NCBI GenBank assembly: GCA_963665115.1
Contig: OY762007.1
Coordinates: forward strand, 1,856,001 to 1,920,000
Length of the DNA: 64,000 nt
Origin: an uncultured Rivularia sp.
Lineage (GTDB): Bacteria; Cyanobacteriota; Cyanobacteriia; Cyanobacteriales; Nostocaceae
Direction of reading: 5' to 3'
Shown here: piece by piece, positions 36,848 to 47,617 of the stretch
How the letters are laid out: each line of letters starts with the position of its first letter
Position numbering within the stretch: position 1 is the first letter of the stretch
The notes under the pieces: model-generated
What the model was told of the DNA's origin: nothing
The model's input: only the letters and a program-made list of their open reading frames with translations
Databases searched by the model: none
Translations under genes and position numbers: made by a program

Positions 36848-36870
36848 AATTAATAAGTTTAGAATGAGCT

Positions 36871-36926
36871 ATTCGCCGTTTGTAAGTTGTGTTTTAAGAA
36901 GCAATTTGTGAGCGGCGAATTTTTTT
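36871..36926 (+). terminator. Probable rho-independent terminator
   Basis: ATTCGCCG...CGGCGAAT followed by T-tract. Confidence 0.6.
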
Positions 36927-36959
36927 GGGTTAAGACGGTGTTTCCAAAATAAATTTCAA

Positions 36960-37140
36960 GTAGGGTGTATTACGGCTTTTAGGGATTTGATAGGAAAAAG
37001 AACAGGTAAAAATTTGCCAACGCACCAAGGGTTATTGGTGTTGGACGGTTTAATATGATTAATTCGGGAAATGGTGCGTTACGGCATTTTAAAAATGGCA
37101 ATGTATAACTTAAAAATACCGAAGCCGCAACACACCCTAC
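36960..37140. repeat. REPIN-like inverted pair of GTAG REP palindromes
   Basis: GTAGGGTGTATTACGGC...GCCAACGCACC and GGTGCGTTACGGC...GCCGCAACACACCCTAC. Confidence 0.75.
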
Positions 37141-37205
37141 AAAAAAGAGTTAGATAAATTATCTAACCCCAAGAAAACTTTAATTTTTTCTGATTTTTTA
37201 ACTAT

Positions 37206-38132
37206 TTACGACTTCAATGAACGCAAGAAACTTTTAGCTTCATTCATGGTTTTTTGCCAAGAAGTTGGCTTTGGCTTTTCTGGAAATACTGGTGGTGGTA
37301 ATTGTGGGTTCAAGTTGCGGTAATGTTCCCAAATCTCCCAATAAGGACAACCTGGCTCGATGCGAATACCTGCCCAATGCAAGTACTGTAAAGGTTGGTT
37401 GACTGTTGGATCGACTAATTTATTTCCTTCATGTAAGAAGTGAGATGTTCCTCCCCAGTTTCCTGGTGCTTTACCTTCTCTATTAACTATGTTGAAACGG
37501 TTGGGAATCCGCTTGAGTAACATATAGTTGATGATTGGTTGATCGGATGTTTTTTCGGAGAAATCAAAGTATTCGGGATGTTGGGCACATTCTGCAAAGG
37601 TTTCGTATAAATCCTGTTCGGATATCAGGTTTTTCTTGGAACCCCAAAAGCCACCGTTAAATATGTCTTTGACTTCGCTTTCGCTAAATACTTTTTCTTC
37701 TAAGACTGTGGAACTAAATACGTTTCTTATTCCACCTAAATGTTGATAATCACAGCAAATAAAGTCAGTATTTTGTAAGTAGTTGAGATTATCAATAATT
37801 CTTTCAAAGACGACAATATCTGTATCTATATACAAAAACTCATCGAAGGGACCAAACCAACAGGCTTGCTTGCGGAATTGATTGGGACGAGCAAAGAATT
37901 TACCACCGAATGTTTCGTATAATTTATTTGACAAACGATCGATAAATTCTAAATCTTGGTAAACTTCGACTCCATAATATTTGCCGAGAGTGTCAGCAAT
38001 TTTGTGATAATTATCATCATAGGGAATCATCACAATGGGAGTTTCTTTATCATGGAGACGAATGCTATTTAGTAAAGCAATAGCATGATCTGTCACCTTA
38101 TCATTCGCAATTATATAAATTCCTTTAGTCAT
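37206..38132 (-). CDS. Npun_R2821/R2822-like putative glycosyltransferase (GT-A, DxD)
   Basis: GIYIIAND...ALLNSIR, FLYIDTDI, DQPIINY, YLHWAG. Confidence 0.8.
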   Translation of the reverse strand: MTKGIYIIANDKVTDHAIALLNSIRLHDKETPIVMIPYDDNYHKIADTLGKYYGVEVYQDLEFIDRLSNKLYETFGGKFFARPNQFRKQACWFGPFDEFLYIDTDIVVFERIIDNLNYLQNTDFICCDYQHLGGIRNVFSSTVLEEKVFSESEVKDIFNGGFWGSKKNLISEQDLYETFAECAQHPEYFDFSEKTSDQPIINYMLLKRIPNRFNIVNREGKAPGNWGGTSHFLHEGNKLVDPTVNQPLQYLHWAGIRIEPGCPYWEIWEHYRNLNPQLPPPVFPEKPKPTSWQKTMNEAKSFLRSLKS

Positions 38133-38135
38133 GAT

Positions 38136-39140
38136 TTATGCTCCAGCTTTTATTCCTAATCTTTTCAAAACTCGGGTGCTTAAACTTGGGGGTGCGTTGT
38201 AAGCTACGGGTTTGGTGGTAAATTTTGGTCGCTTATCTGGTTCGTGTAGGTAGCGGTAATGCAAAAAGGTTTCGCGGTAAGGAAAACCAATATTTTCTCC
38301 ATTACAAAGCCGTTTGAAGAATTTGGAAGATAAGCCGATATAGTGCAGATAAGTTAAGCATTTATCTCCGTCATATACCAGATTATCTCGTTCTTCAAGG
38401 TGAGGTGAAGTTACGCAACATCCAGTAAGTTCGCTTTTAGATAAATTCAAAGCAAAATTATATATATCAACTTCCGAACGCATTACCAGGTAGTTAAGAA
38501 TAGTATTTATGGGGGCATTTTGATATAATATTTCTGCTTCTCCCGATTGCAGCTTAGATAACATATTTTGACGAGTTTCTTCGTTAAATAAATCTTTTTT
38601 CCCACCGTACAAACCAGTACAGAATATTTCGGTATCCAGTCGAGATTGCGGGAAAATATCTAGCAGTTTTTGGGACTTTGTATTGAATACATGATCCAAA
38701 TCTTTATACTGGAAGTCATAGACAACAAAGTCATTGCGATCTAGTTGCTTGAATATGTAATCTAGCGAATTGAGTACCAGAATATCAGCATCCAAGTATA
38801 GAAACTTATCAAAAGGGCCATTAAAACCACCGAATCTTCGATGCATTCCCAAACGGTAAATTCCTGAAATACCCTGTTCTTGCCAAATTTTAAAAGCTTC
38901 GGGGTGTGCTTTCCATATTTCTGTAGAATAATCTTCCCAAAGCTTCATTGCAGAATAATCTTCAAATATTTCTACATTGCTTCTATTTTTGATATTCTCT
39001 CGTACTAATTCCAAATCTTCGTTATATGGGACAATCAAAATCGGATACTTATTACCAACATTGACTTCAATCGAATTGAGTAAAGCTACTACCTGATCGT
39101 AAACTCCATCATTGCCTAGTATGTAAATTCCTTCAGTCAT
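38136..39140 (-). CDS. Npun_R2821/R2822-like putative glycosyltransferase
   Basis: Paralog of the neighbour: GIYILGND...ALLNSIE, FLYLDADI, YLHYIG. Confidence 0.8.
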   Translation of the reverse strand: MTEGIYILGNDGVYDQVVALLNSIEVNVGNKYPILIVPYNEDLELVRENIKNRSNVEIFEDYSAMKLWEDYSTEIWKAHPEAFKIWQEQGISGIYRLGMHRRFGGFNGPFDKFLYLDADILVLNSLDYIFKQLDRNDFVVYDFQYKDLDHVFNTKSQKLLDIFPQSRLDTEIFCTGLYGGKKDLFNEETRQNMLSKLQSGEAEILYQNAPINTILNYLVMRSEVDIYNFALNLSKSELTGCCVTSPHLEERDNLVYDGDKCLTYLHYIGLSSKFFKRLCNGENIGFPYRETFLHYRYLHEPDKRPKFTTKPVAYNAPPSLSTRVLKRLGIKAGA

Positions 39141-39294
39141 TTAAGCCTCCGTAAATTCTAAAAATATTAAGATATCCCGATCGATTGAAAAAAAAGGGAG
39201 CTTTGCCGAAACTCTAAACGATAGCGAAACATTTTTGAAATATTTCGACAAGCCAATCCTTTTTTATGCATAGTTGGTAATCTTAAAAAGCTTT

Positions 39295-40161
39295 TCAACT
39301 AGCTAATAATTCCATAACTTTTGAATAATACCAGATATTGCGATCGCGATTTTCCTGAAGACTATCTGGATAAGCACGACAATCTTTTAGATAATTTCTC
39401 CAATTATCTTGATTGCAGAGAAATTTATTTTCATAAGGTGATTCAAATAATGTTTTATTGAATATGGAAACTTTGAATTTAGCTTCAAACCATTTTTTAA
39501 CTGGATAGAGAACTGGTAAATGCTTCAGAGTATAAAATTTACTACTAAAAGGAAATGCGAGTACTTTTCTACCTAACAGTGTTCCCCAATAAGCACCATG
39601 ATATGAACTGGTGATTATAGTTTCTCCAGAACCGAGGAAATCAAAAATTTCATCAATACTTTGATGATTATTGGTCATAGTTGGAAATTCGGGAAAGTTG
39701 AGTTGAAACTTTTTGTGAGAAAAAACCACAAATTCATGTTTAATATCTCGCTTTCTATCAAAGCTAGGATGCATACAACTTACACATGGAACCCAATTAT
39801 CTAAATAATCACTATCGCGGATTCCAACTAAATCAAATCCTTGAATATATGCTTGATAATCAAACTTTTTAATCTCATCAAATTTATTGGTACCATAGAT
39901 TTGTTGTCCAATTCCCCATGAAATAAGCCTACTATGCTTTTTGCTCTTTACTAGCTTCTGAAATGAATCATGGAATCTAGTAAAGAGCAACCCTCCACCT
40001 CCAACAATTACATCTTTACCCTGAATATTTTCAGGAGTAATATGACGAATATCTAGGGGTTCAACTTGATAGCCGGGGAAATCAAAATAATGTGATGGTG
40101 CCGAATATAAATCACCAATGTTTGTAGGATCTATTACATGAGAGCTAATAATTTTTTTCAC
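39295..40161 (-). CDS. Polysaccharide pyruvyl transferase-like protein
   Basis: NIGD, IVGGGGL, GIRD, SSYHG motifs. Confidence 0.7.
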   Translation of the reverse strand: MKKIISSHVIDPTNIGDLYSAPSHYFDFPGYQVEPLDIRHITPENIQGKDVIVGGGGLLFTRFHDSFQKLVKSKKHSRLISWGIGQQIYGTNKFDEIKKFDYQAYIQGFDLVGIRDSDYLDNWVPCVSCMHPSFDRKRDIKHEFVVFSHKKFQLNFPEFPTMTNNHQSIDEIFDFLGSGETIITSSYHGAYWGTLLGRKVLAFPFSSKFYTLKHLPVLYPVKKWFEAKFKVSIFNKTLFESPYENKFLCNQDNWRNYLKDCRAYPDSLQENRDRNIWYYSKVMELLAS

Positions 40162-40180
40162 GATAAAATACTAAATATAA

Positions 40181-41332
40181 TTATGCGATAACTTTATCTA
40201 CAGCCAAACTATCTTCAAAGTATGTATCAACAACACCCTGAATATCTGATATGAACTTTTCGGTTGAGAATAAATACTTTCGATCTTCAAGAGATGCTAT
40301 TAATTGCTTTTGCTGATTTTCATCCTTGAGGGTTGCAATTATCTTTTCAACTGCCTCATCCTCAGAATTAAACAATAATTCCTGATTGCGATCGCCAACT
40401 ATTTCTACCTGGCCACCTATACTACGTACAAATGGAATAGCACCTGCTTTAACCATTTCTGCAATTGATATTCCAAATGGTTCTTTTTTATAGTGAATAC
40501 CATATTTACATCTACTCAGAAGCGTTGCATATTCTTCATAAGGTCGATTTTCGTGTAAAGTAATCCAAGAAGAATTTTCTGCCACCAGTTTGTTGATCGT
40601 TCTCTTGTATTGCCATCCGTAGATACCACCACCACCACCAGTGATATGTAACTTAATGTCAAAGCCAGCTTCGCGAACTCGTTTGAGTATTTTTATGGCG
40701 CGATGTGGTTCTTTTGCCTTGACGATTCTACCACTGCAAATAAATGAGTCTTCTTTTTCCTCCCACGAAACATATTGGGTGGGAATAACAACCGGAGGAA
40801 AAAGTACTTTCGCATCAATATCGTAGGCTTTTTCAACCCGCTTGAAAATCGCTTCTGAATTAACTAAAGAGATATTTTGACGCAATGATTCTTCAGAAAA
40901 ATTGGATAGTTTATGATAAAACTTTATTTCTTCAAAAACTCCCGGCCAATGAATATATTGAATCCCTTTTCGTCCCATATCAATCGCATTATAGCCAGAC
41001 ATGGATAAATCATATAGATGACAATGTTTTTTAAATTCACGTAATAATAGATGTAAGAAAAAATGCCGACAATGTTGGCTATTCGCAATCAAGAAATAAC
41101 AAGTCTTAGTTAAATATTTAGGAACAAGCTGATGAATTCTGATATTTTCCGTTGATATATTAGTCCCATACATTGAGTTCAGTTTCTGAATATTAATGGA
41201 GCCAACAGTAAAAAGTGTAATGTCGTATTTATCCATTAAAGCCTGTATCATCCATAGTCCTACAGCTTCTGCTCCCCCACCAGTAAAATAGGGATAATAA
41301 AATGCGATTTTTTTTCTATTTAACATTTGCAT
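40181..41332 (-). CDS. Glycosyltransferase family 4
   Basis: GGGAE, GRI..AK, EPFGISIAE (EX7E). Confidence 0.9.
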   Translation of the reverse strand: MQMLNRKKIAFYYPYFTGGGAEAVGLWMIQALMDKYDITLFTVGSINIQKLNSMYGTNISTENIRIHQLVPKYLTKTCYFLIANSQHCRHFFLHLLLREFKKHCHLYDLSMSGYNAIDMGRKGIQYIHWPGVFEEIKFYHKLSNFSEESLRQNISLVNSEAIFKRVEKAYDIDAKVLFPPVVIPTQYVSWEEKEDSFICSGRIVKAKEPHRAIKILKRVREAGFDIKLHITGGGGGIYGWQYKRTINKLVAENSSWITLHENRPYEEYATLLSRCKYGIHYKKEPFGISIAEMVKAGAIPFVRSIGGQVEIVGDRNQELLFNSEDEAVEKIIATLKDENQQKQLIASLEDRKYLFSTEKFISDIQGVVDTYFEDSLAVDKVIA

Positions 41333-41367
41333 AATTTTTAGTTAATATATTGTTTAATTGCCAAATA

Positions 41368-43204
41368 CTAATCAGCAACGCAGTTTAGTTCATCGTCTTG
41401 GAGCGCGTTTGGTTTCTCTCCATGAAATTGCATTTCGTACAGTCGAGAATAATAAGCTCCTTTACTCAGAAGTTCTTCATGGGTACCGACTTCAACAACC
41501 CTTCCTTGTTCCATTACCGCGATTTGATCGGCTTTTTGAATTGTGGATAGGCGGTGGGCTATCACTAAGGTAGTGCGATCGCGACTTAAATCATCGATGG
41601 CTTGCTGTACCAATCTTTCTGAAACCGTATCTAATGCGCTAGTTGCTTCATCAAGAATTAAAATATCCGGATCTCGCAGCAATGCACGGGCAATTGAGAT
41701 GCGTTGTCGTTGTCCTCCCGATAACATTACTCCGCGATCGCCGACTATAGTGTCAAAACCTTGGGGTAACTTGACAATAAATTCATAAGCATTTGCACGC
41801 TGTGCTGCTTTTATGACTTCATCTTCACTAGCATCAGGGTCTTCCATAAGCAATGTTTGCAAGTGCAGTGTCATTAAATAAGAAAGTATCTTGACTAACA
41901 ATTCCCATTTTCATCCGCAATGACTTAAGGTCATAATCTTGCAGGTTTACTCCATCAATAATTATGCAACCAGAACTAGCGTCGTAAAATCTTGGAAGTA
42001 AATCTGCTAAAGTCGATTTACCTGCACCAGAACCACCAACTAATGCTAAAGTTGTTCCTTTGGGTAAAGTCAAATCCACACTTTGAATAACTTGCTTTTC
42101 ATATCCTGGATAAGCAAATGTCAAGTCTTTGAATTCAATTTTTTCCCTTAATGCAGTATATTCAACTTCACCATCTCCCATAAAAGGTTTATTTTTGCGA
42201 CTCAAAAAATCGATGACAAAATCTACAGCAGCTGAATTTTTTGCAAAAGTACTACGTAAGTTATTCAATTGCGATACAAGTGGTAACAATCGCATTAAAA
42301 CTAATAAATACGTTAATAATATTGCTGAGAGAGAGGCAATTCTATCTGCAAATATAGCTCTGGCGATAAAAACAATGATTATTAAAGAAACAATGCCAAC
42401 AAATTCACTAGTTGGAGCTATCATCTCAGAATATAGTTGGGATTTATATTCAGCATCTTCCTTTCTCAAAATCAGATGATTAATTTTCTCTTCAGTTATA
42501 TCCTCATTAGCATTTGCTTTAATAATCCGAATTCCGGAGATACTCTCAATAACTGTGTTTGTCAAATTTTTCGCTACATTTGAAATTTCTTGACCTAATT
42601 TTTTAGATCGAGAAATAGGGAATTGACTTACCAGAGTAACTAATGATAAGAGAATTGTGGAACAAATAGTTAGCTCCCAAGAGATAGATAATAATATACC
42701 CAAGAAAACCAATATTGTGATTGATAGAGTGATTAAGCGAACAAAATTACTTAATGAACTTGCTGTTCGAGGAATCTCACCGTTAAAGCGATTCATTAAA
42801 TCGCCCAATTTGCTCGTAGCAAAGTAATTAATATCTACCGCCATTAAAATATTAACTGCATCTTTCCGCATTTCTGAGGATAGCTTTCTGTTCAAAGAAC
42901 CAGCAGTCAAAGCGCTCGCATATGTAGCAGCATTTTTAAAAAGTAAGGCAAGTATAATTGCTGCTGACATCGCTACTACTCGATAATTTTCGTCAATATT
43001 ATCGAAAGGGTACATAATTGCTTTAATCAACGATGGAGCCTTGCTTAAATCTACTTCTTGACCAACTATCTTTAAAATAACTGGTACGATTAAAGTTGTA
43101 CTTACTCCATTAAATAAAGCACCAGAAAATCCTAAAATAATTGAGATAACAATTAAGAAAGGATACTTTGTTGCAAACTGAGATATAAGAATTTTTTGTG
43201 ACAT
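41368..43204 (-). CDS. HepA/MsbA-like ABC exporter (TMD+NBD); +1 frameshift at 41837-41839, probably sequencing error
   Basis: [26 protein letters not shown]; removing one base gives [14 protein letters not shown]. Confidence 0.92.
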
Positions 43205-43301
43205 TTCAATATATAAAATATATCAACTCATAAAATTAATTACTTTGACGCGCGAATGACGAAAGAAGAGCTCGCTAAATCAGCAATTCTAACCGCATTT
43301 T

Positions 43302-43508
43302 TCAGTATTCCCATAATTGTTCGATTCTAACAATTCCAGAACGGAGTGAATTGTCTCCCCATCGAGAAACTTTATCGATCGTGAGTAGGCGCTTTAGGAG
43401 TAGATAGCTACACCTGTCTAATAAATGGGGAATGGTGTGCATAATAAACGGAATGTTTATGTCTGTAGGTGCAACCATAATTGGTAGGGAACAATTAACA
43501 TTTTTCAT
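43302..43508 (-). pseudogene. Degraded N-terminal fragment of a polysaccharide-cluster gene
   Basis: 68-aa co-oriented ORF (IPFIMHTIPHL) resembling a hypothetical protein recalled from cyanobacterial EPS loci. Confidence 0.35.
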
Positions 43509-43556
43509 AACAATTAATATAAAAATTAGGTAGCGAGATATTAGTAATCTGTCTTG

Positions 43557-44762
43557 TTATAGTTTTGAAACTAGGTCTGATAGGATATTAGCCATTGCAT
43601 CAATACTATAAAATTTAATACATCTTTCTCTAGCTCTTTTCCCTTTTTCAATTGCTTCTGGATAATTCTGGAAAATAGACTGAATTTTCTCAGCAATTTG
43701 TTCGGGACTACTAGAATCAACTATATAACCAGTGTCACCTAAAATATCTGGAATATCGCCTACTTTTGTCGCTAAAATTGGTTTCGCCATTGACATTCCA
43801 TCTGTCAACTTTAAAGGGAACTGAGCCAAAGCCGCTGGAGTATCTCGTTGGGGAACAACAATAACATCCGCTGCTGCGACAATATCTGGCATTTTATCAG
43901 ATGACTGTTTTGGTAATTGAATTATCCAACGTCCCCATTTTTCTATTAGTTGAGCATCATAATCATCATAGGGACTACCACCAACAATCACCAACTTTAA
44001 AGTGGAATCATTCAACTTATCCAAAGCAATTAAAACATCTTCTACCCCTTTATAAGGTCTTGGGGCACCGGGAAACATTAAAATTTTATGCTCGGAAAGC
44101 CCATAACGCTTTTTACTTTCTTCAGAGTTATAAAGTTCGGGATTAAAAAGCGAAGTATCCTTCCCATTGGGAATATAAACTCCACCAAACTTTTCTTTTA
44201 AAAATTGAGTATGGATGGTAATTGCATCAGCCTTATACGATATATCTTCCATCCATTTTAAATAAAGCTGATGGTCTGGATATCTCAAAGCTCCTTCCGA
44301 TTTCAAAACATCCCTAGCAAACTGTTTTAAAGAAGGACGATAACGCCATTTTTCACCTCCAGACCAACTCAATTCCCAATCATCAATATCTAAAATTATT
44401 GGCTTTTGAGTCTTCAATCTTTTTAATAACGATAAACCAAAAGTAGTCATTTTTGGTCTCATCGCATAAACAATATCACCATCTATCTTATTTATAAGTT
44501 GAGAAGCTGATGATAAAAATCGTGGATAATTATAACCATTAAAACTGCAAACTTTAATTTCAGATTGAGAGCTTACTACTGATTCATTGCCAAAAACAAA
44601 TCCTAAAATTTCAACTTGATATTCAAGCTTTTGGAGTGCTTGTGCAAGTAAAAATGAACGTACACCACCACCACCCCATCTACCCGCACCAGCACTGGAT
44701 AAGTCACTAACAACTATAGAAACTTTTAGTTGTTTTTTGCTTTGCATACTTCTCCATAACAA
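43557..44762 (-). CDS. Glycosyltransferase family 4
   Basis: PNGKD, RPYKG, QFPLKLTD, VGDIPDIL. Confidence 0.9.
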   Translation of the reverse strand: MLWRSMQSKKQLKVSIVVSDLSSAGAGRWGGGGVRSFLLAQALQKLEYQVEILGFVFGNESVVSSQSEIKVCSFNGYNYPRFLSSASQLINKIDGDIVYAMRPKMTTFGLSLLKRLKTQKPIILDIDDWELSWSGGEKWRYRPSLKQFARDVLKSEGALRYPDHQLYLKWMEDISYKADAITIHTQFLKEKFGGVYIPNGKDTSLFNPELYNSEESKKRYGLSEHKILMFPGAPRPYKGVEDVLIALDKLNDSTLKLVIVGGSPYDDYDAQLIEKWGRWIIQLPKQSSDKMPDIVAAADVIVVPQRDTPAALAQFPLKLTDGMSMAKPILATKVGDIPDILGDTGYIVDSSSPEQIAEKIQSIFQNYPEAIEKGKRARERCIKFYSIDAMANILSDLVSKL

Positions 44763-45236
44763 TTAAGTTCTGCTAATTTGCAATAAAAGATATTTGTAGA
44801 AGCCCCCAGCCAATTTAAGCAAAGTTTTAAAACTTCGTATAAAACGGCATTTACTCGATGTTTGTGTATAAAAACATGAGTCATAGTCTAACCCTGTATC
44901 TACTACTTATCCTAGAGCGAATTTACTGATAGTCCTAGAAAAATTTAAAGGATTATATTATCAGTTGAGTATTTTTACATAATTTAAAGCAAAGCCCATA
45001 ATATCAATTTATAGAATGCAATGTAGCATAAAATACGTGCGGCTAGAGTATTTGTAGCTTTTTAATACTTAAATCTTGTTTTACGTACTTAAGTAATATT
45101 TCTGAAGGTAATATCACTTATAGTTCAACTAATATTCACATACATTACGTAATATTTACCTTATTTATATGCGTTTTTCACATATAGTCTGTTAGGTATA
45201 GGTCATGAGACATTTATCTAATTGATGGAATTACTT

Positions 45237-45329
45237 ATGGTCGCTTTCGGGATTTACACCCTTGCAAACGATATAGTACTTGACCAGCTAGTTAAACAGA
45301 ACGTTGGACAAACAACTTATCTTACGTAG
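45237..45329 (+). pseudogene. First 19 codons of another Npun_R2821/R2822-like gene
   Basis: MVAFGIYTLANDIVLDQLV matches GIYILGNDGVYDQVV of the 38136-39140 protein, then switches to unrelated sequence. Confidence 0.7.
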
Positions 45330-47338
45330 TTCCAGTTACAAATGGTGACTACAAAGTAAATGTTAAGTTTGCAGAAATTTACTGGAATGAAGCAGGTAAA
45401 AGAAGTTTTGACTTATCTGCTGAAGGTCAATTAGTTATTGATGACCTTGATATCTTCGCAGAAGCAGGAGGTAAAAATCTTGCTTTAAACAAGTCTTTTG
45501 ATATTACCGTCAGCGATGGAAGCTTAAATTTAGATTTCCTGACTAATTCTGATAATGCGAAATTAGCAGCCATTGAAATTATTGGTGGTTCAGCACCAAA
45601 CCCCACAACACCACCAACTCCAACTACACCACCAAGCCCACCAACAAATCCCAACACAGGTACTATTCGCATCAATGCTGGTGGTAATGCCTACACCGAT
45701 ACAGTAGGTAATGTATGGATGAAAGACCAGTATTTTGATGCGGGCCAGACAACTTCTACTAATGCAGATATTTTCAAAACCGAAGAAGACAAACTCTATC
45801 AGACAGAACGCTGGGCTAAAAATTTAGGATATGACATACCTGTGAACGATGGTAACTACAGGGTTAATTTGCATTTCGCAGAAACTTATTTCGATGACTT
45901 CAACAAACGTATATTCGATGTATCTGTGGAAGGAGAAAGAGTCGTTGATGACTTAGATATCTTTGCTAAATCTAAGAATGCTTTTTTCCCAGGGAAAGAT
46001 TCTGCTTATGTCTACTCCGTTGATGATGTAAACGTTAGCGATGGTTTTTTAAATCTAGACTTTGATGCTAGCGTAGATAATGCCAAAATTTCTGCAATTG
46101 AAATTGTTTCCCTGACTGGTCCTCAAGTTATTTTCAAACAAACAGATGGTAATACCTCTGTGGTTGAAGGTGAAGCTACAGGAGATAGTTATTCAATTAT
46201 TTTAAACAGTCAACCAGCTAGTGATGTGACTGTTTACTTAAATCCCAACAGCCAAATTAATACAAGCAATAATAGTGTTACCTTTACTCCAGATAATTGG
46301 AATGTAGCTCAACAGATAACGGTTAATGCTTTAGATAATAATCTTGCAGATGGCAACCAAACTGTAGATATTACACACACCATTAGTAGCTCAGATGCAG
46401 ATTATGAGAGTCTGAGCTTGCCTAATATCTCTGTTTATATAAGTGATAACGATACCGTTGCAATCGACTTTACTAAAAAGACAGTTGCAGCTATGTCTAA
46501 ACCAACAGCAGCAGCTTGGGGTCCCGACCATAGACTTTATGTTGGCTCCTATTCGGGTGAAATCAAAGCATATACTTTTGATGATAATTACAATGTCATC
46601 GAGACTCAAACCATAACCACCATGAAAGGCTTATCTAATAAAAATATATTAGGTATAGCTTTCAACCCATACGATACTTCTGATTCTCCTACGATCTATG
46701 TATCTCATAACAAACTTTATGCTAATGGTGGTTCATTTTTTCCAGAAACCGAATTATCTCCCTACAGCGGACAGATATCAACCTTAGAAGGTCCAGATTT
46801 CTCTACCGTTACAGCATTAATAACCGGATTACCAGTTTCCAATCACGACCACGGTGTCAATAGTATGACCTTTGACAACGAAGGTAATCTATATGTTGCG
46901 GTTGGTGGAAATACAAATGCGGGTATATCAGCAGCTAAAATTGGTGGAATTCCTGAATCTCCCTTTGCTGCGGCAATTTTGAAGGCAGAAATTACAAAAT
47001 CAGATTTTAATGGTGAGATCAAATATAAATTACCTACTGATTTTGTACCACCTCAAGGATTAACATTCGACCCCGCAGAAAGTCAGGTATTCGGGGATAT
47101 AGCCAAGGTAGTGGATGGAGTTGATGTATCTGTATATGCTAGCGGTACACGCAATCCTTTTGATTTAGTTTGGACTACAGAAAACTTACTGTATGCAACA
47201 GACAATGGCCCGAATGGTGGATTTGGGGATGTCTCGACTTCCGCTACAACTCAAAAGCCAGTTAAAAACGCGCCAGACGAATTGAATTTAACTTTCACTT
47301 GTAAGAAGTCTCATACTTACCCGCAAGGGAAGTGTTGA
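45296..47338 (+). pseudogene. Malectin-domain / Calx-beta-like / PQQ-type sugar dehydrogenase beta-propeller protein, truncated at both ends
   Basis: Frame open from 45296 (TERWTNNLSY...VKFAEIYW), Pro/Thr linker, second malectin domain, propeller (NHDH, GTRNPFD, TDNGPN, PDELN) then runs into an IS-derived end. Confidence 0.8.
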
Positions 47339-47539
47339 GATGAATTACAATCCGAGCTTATGGTATTATGGCTTCGGTAGGTGTAGTCCAATTAAATGCA
47401 GAAATGCAGCCTACAAATAAAAGAAACAATTTGATAAAAAGTCCGTGGGGCGCACGGCTTCAAAGCTCGGTCAATGTTCTCATAGAGGAGTCGCCGAGAA
47501 GGCTACATCATAATCTGAGATTTGATGTAGGTGCGTCAC
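47299..47539 (+). mobile_element. Non-autonomous IS200/IS605 miniature element with left end, omegaRNA scaffold and right end, no intact ORF
   Basis: Both ends homologous to the ends of the tnpB element at 61042-62524; preceded by TCAC, ends in TCAC. Confidence 0.85.
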
Positions 47540-47559
47540 AAAATATCAGTTTATCTAAC
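47440..47559 (+). ncRNA. Putative stand-alone omegaRNA (TnpB guide RNA) with guide AAAATATCAGTTTATCTAAC
   Basis: Scaffold colinear with the tnpB right end, with compensatory substitutions; expression not shown; 5' end uncertain. Confidence 0.55.
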
Positions 47560-47617
47560 CTTTTGTTTCGCTAAACTAGTTCTGGGGTGAATAAATAAAA
47601 TTAGGAAGGCTATAGTT

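Noticed and set aside
45023..45036. NtcA-like GTA-N8-TAC (another at 63633-63646)
   Set aside because: No correctly spaced -10 box found; the motif is common by chance in AT-rich DNA.
47540..47547. Both predicted guides begin (A/C)AAATAT
   Set aside because: Six shared bases in AT-rich DNA from two examples is too weak; would need flanks of more copies.
47368..47574. 68-aa ORF across the mini-element
   Set aside because: Runs through the structured right end and past the element boundary; no protein signature.
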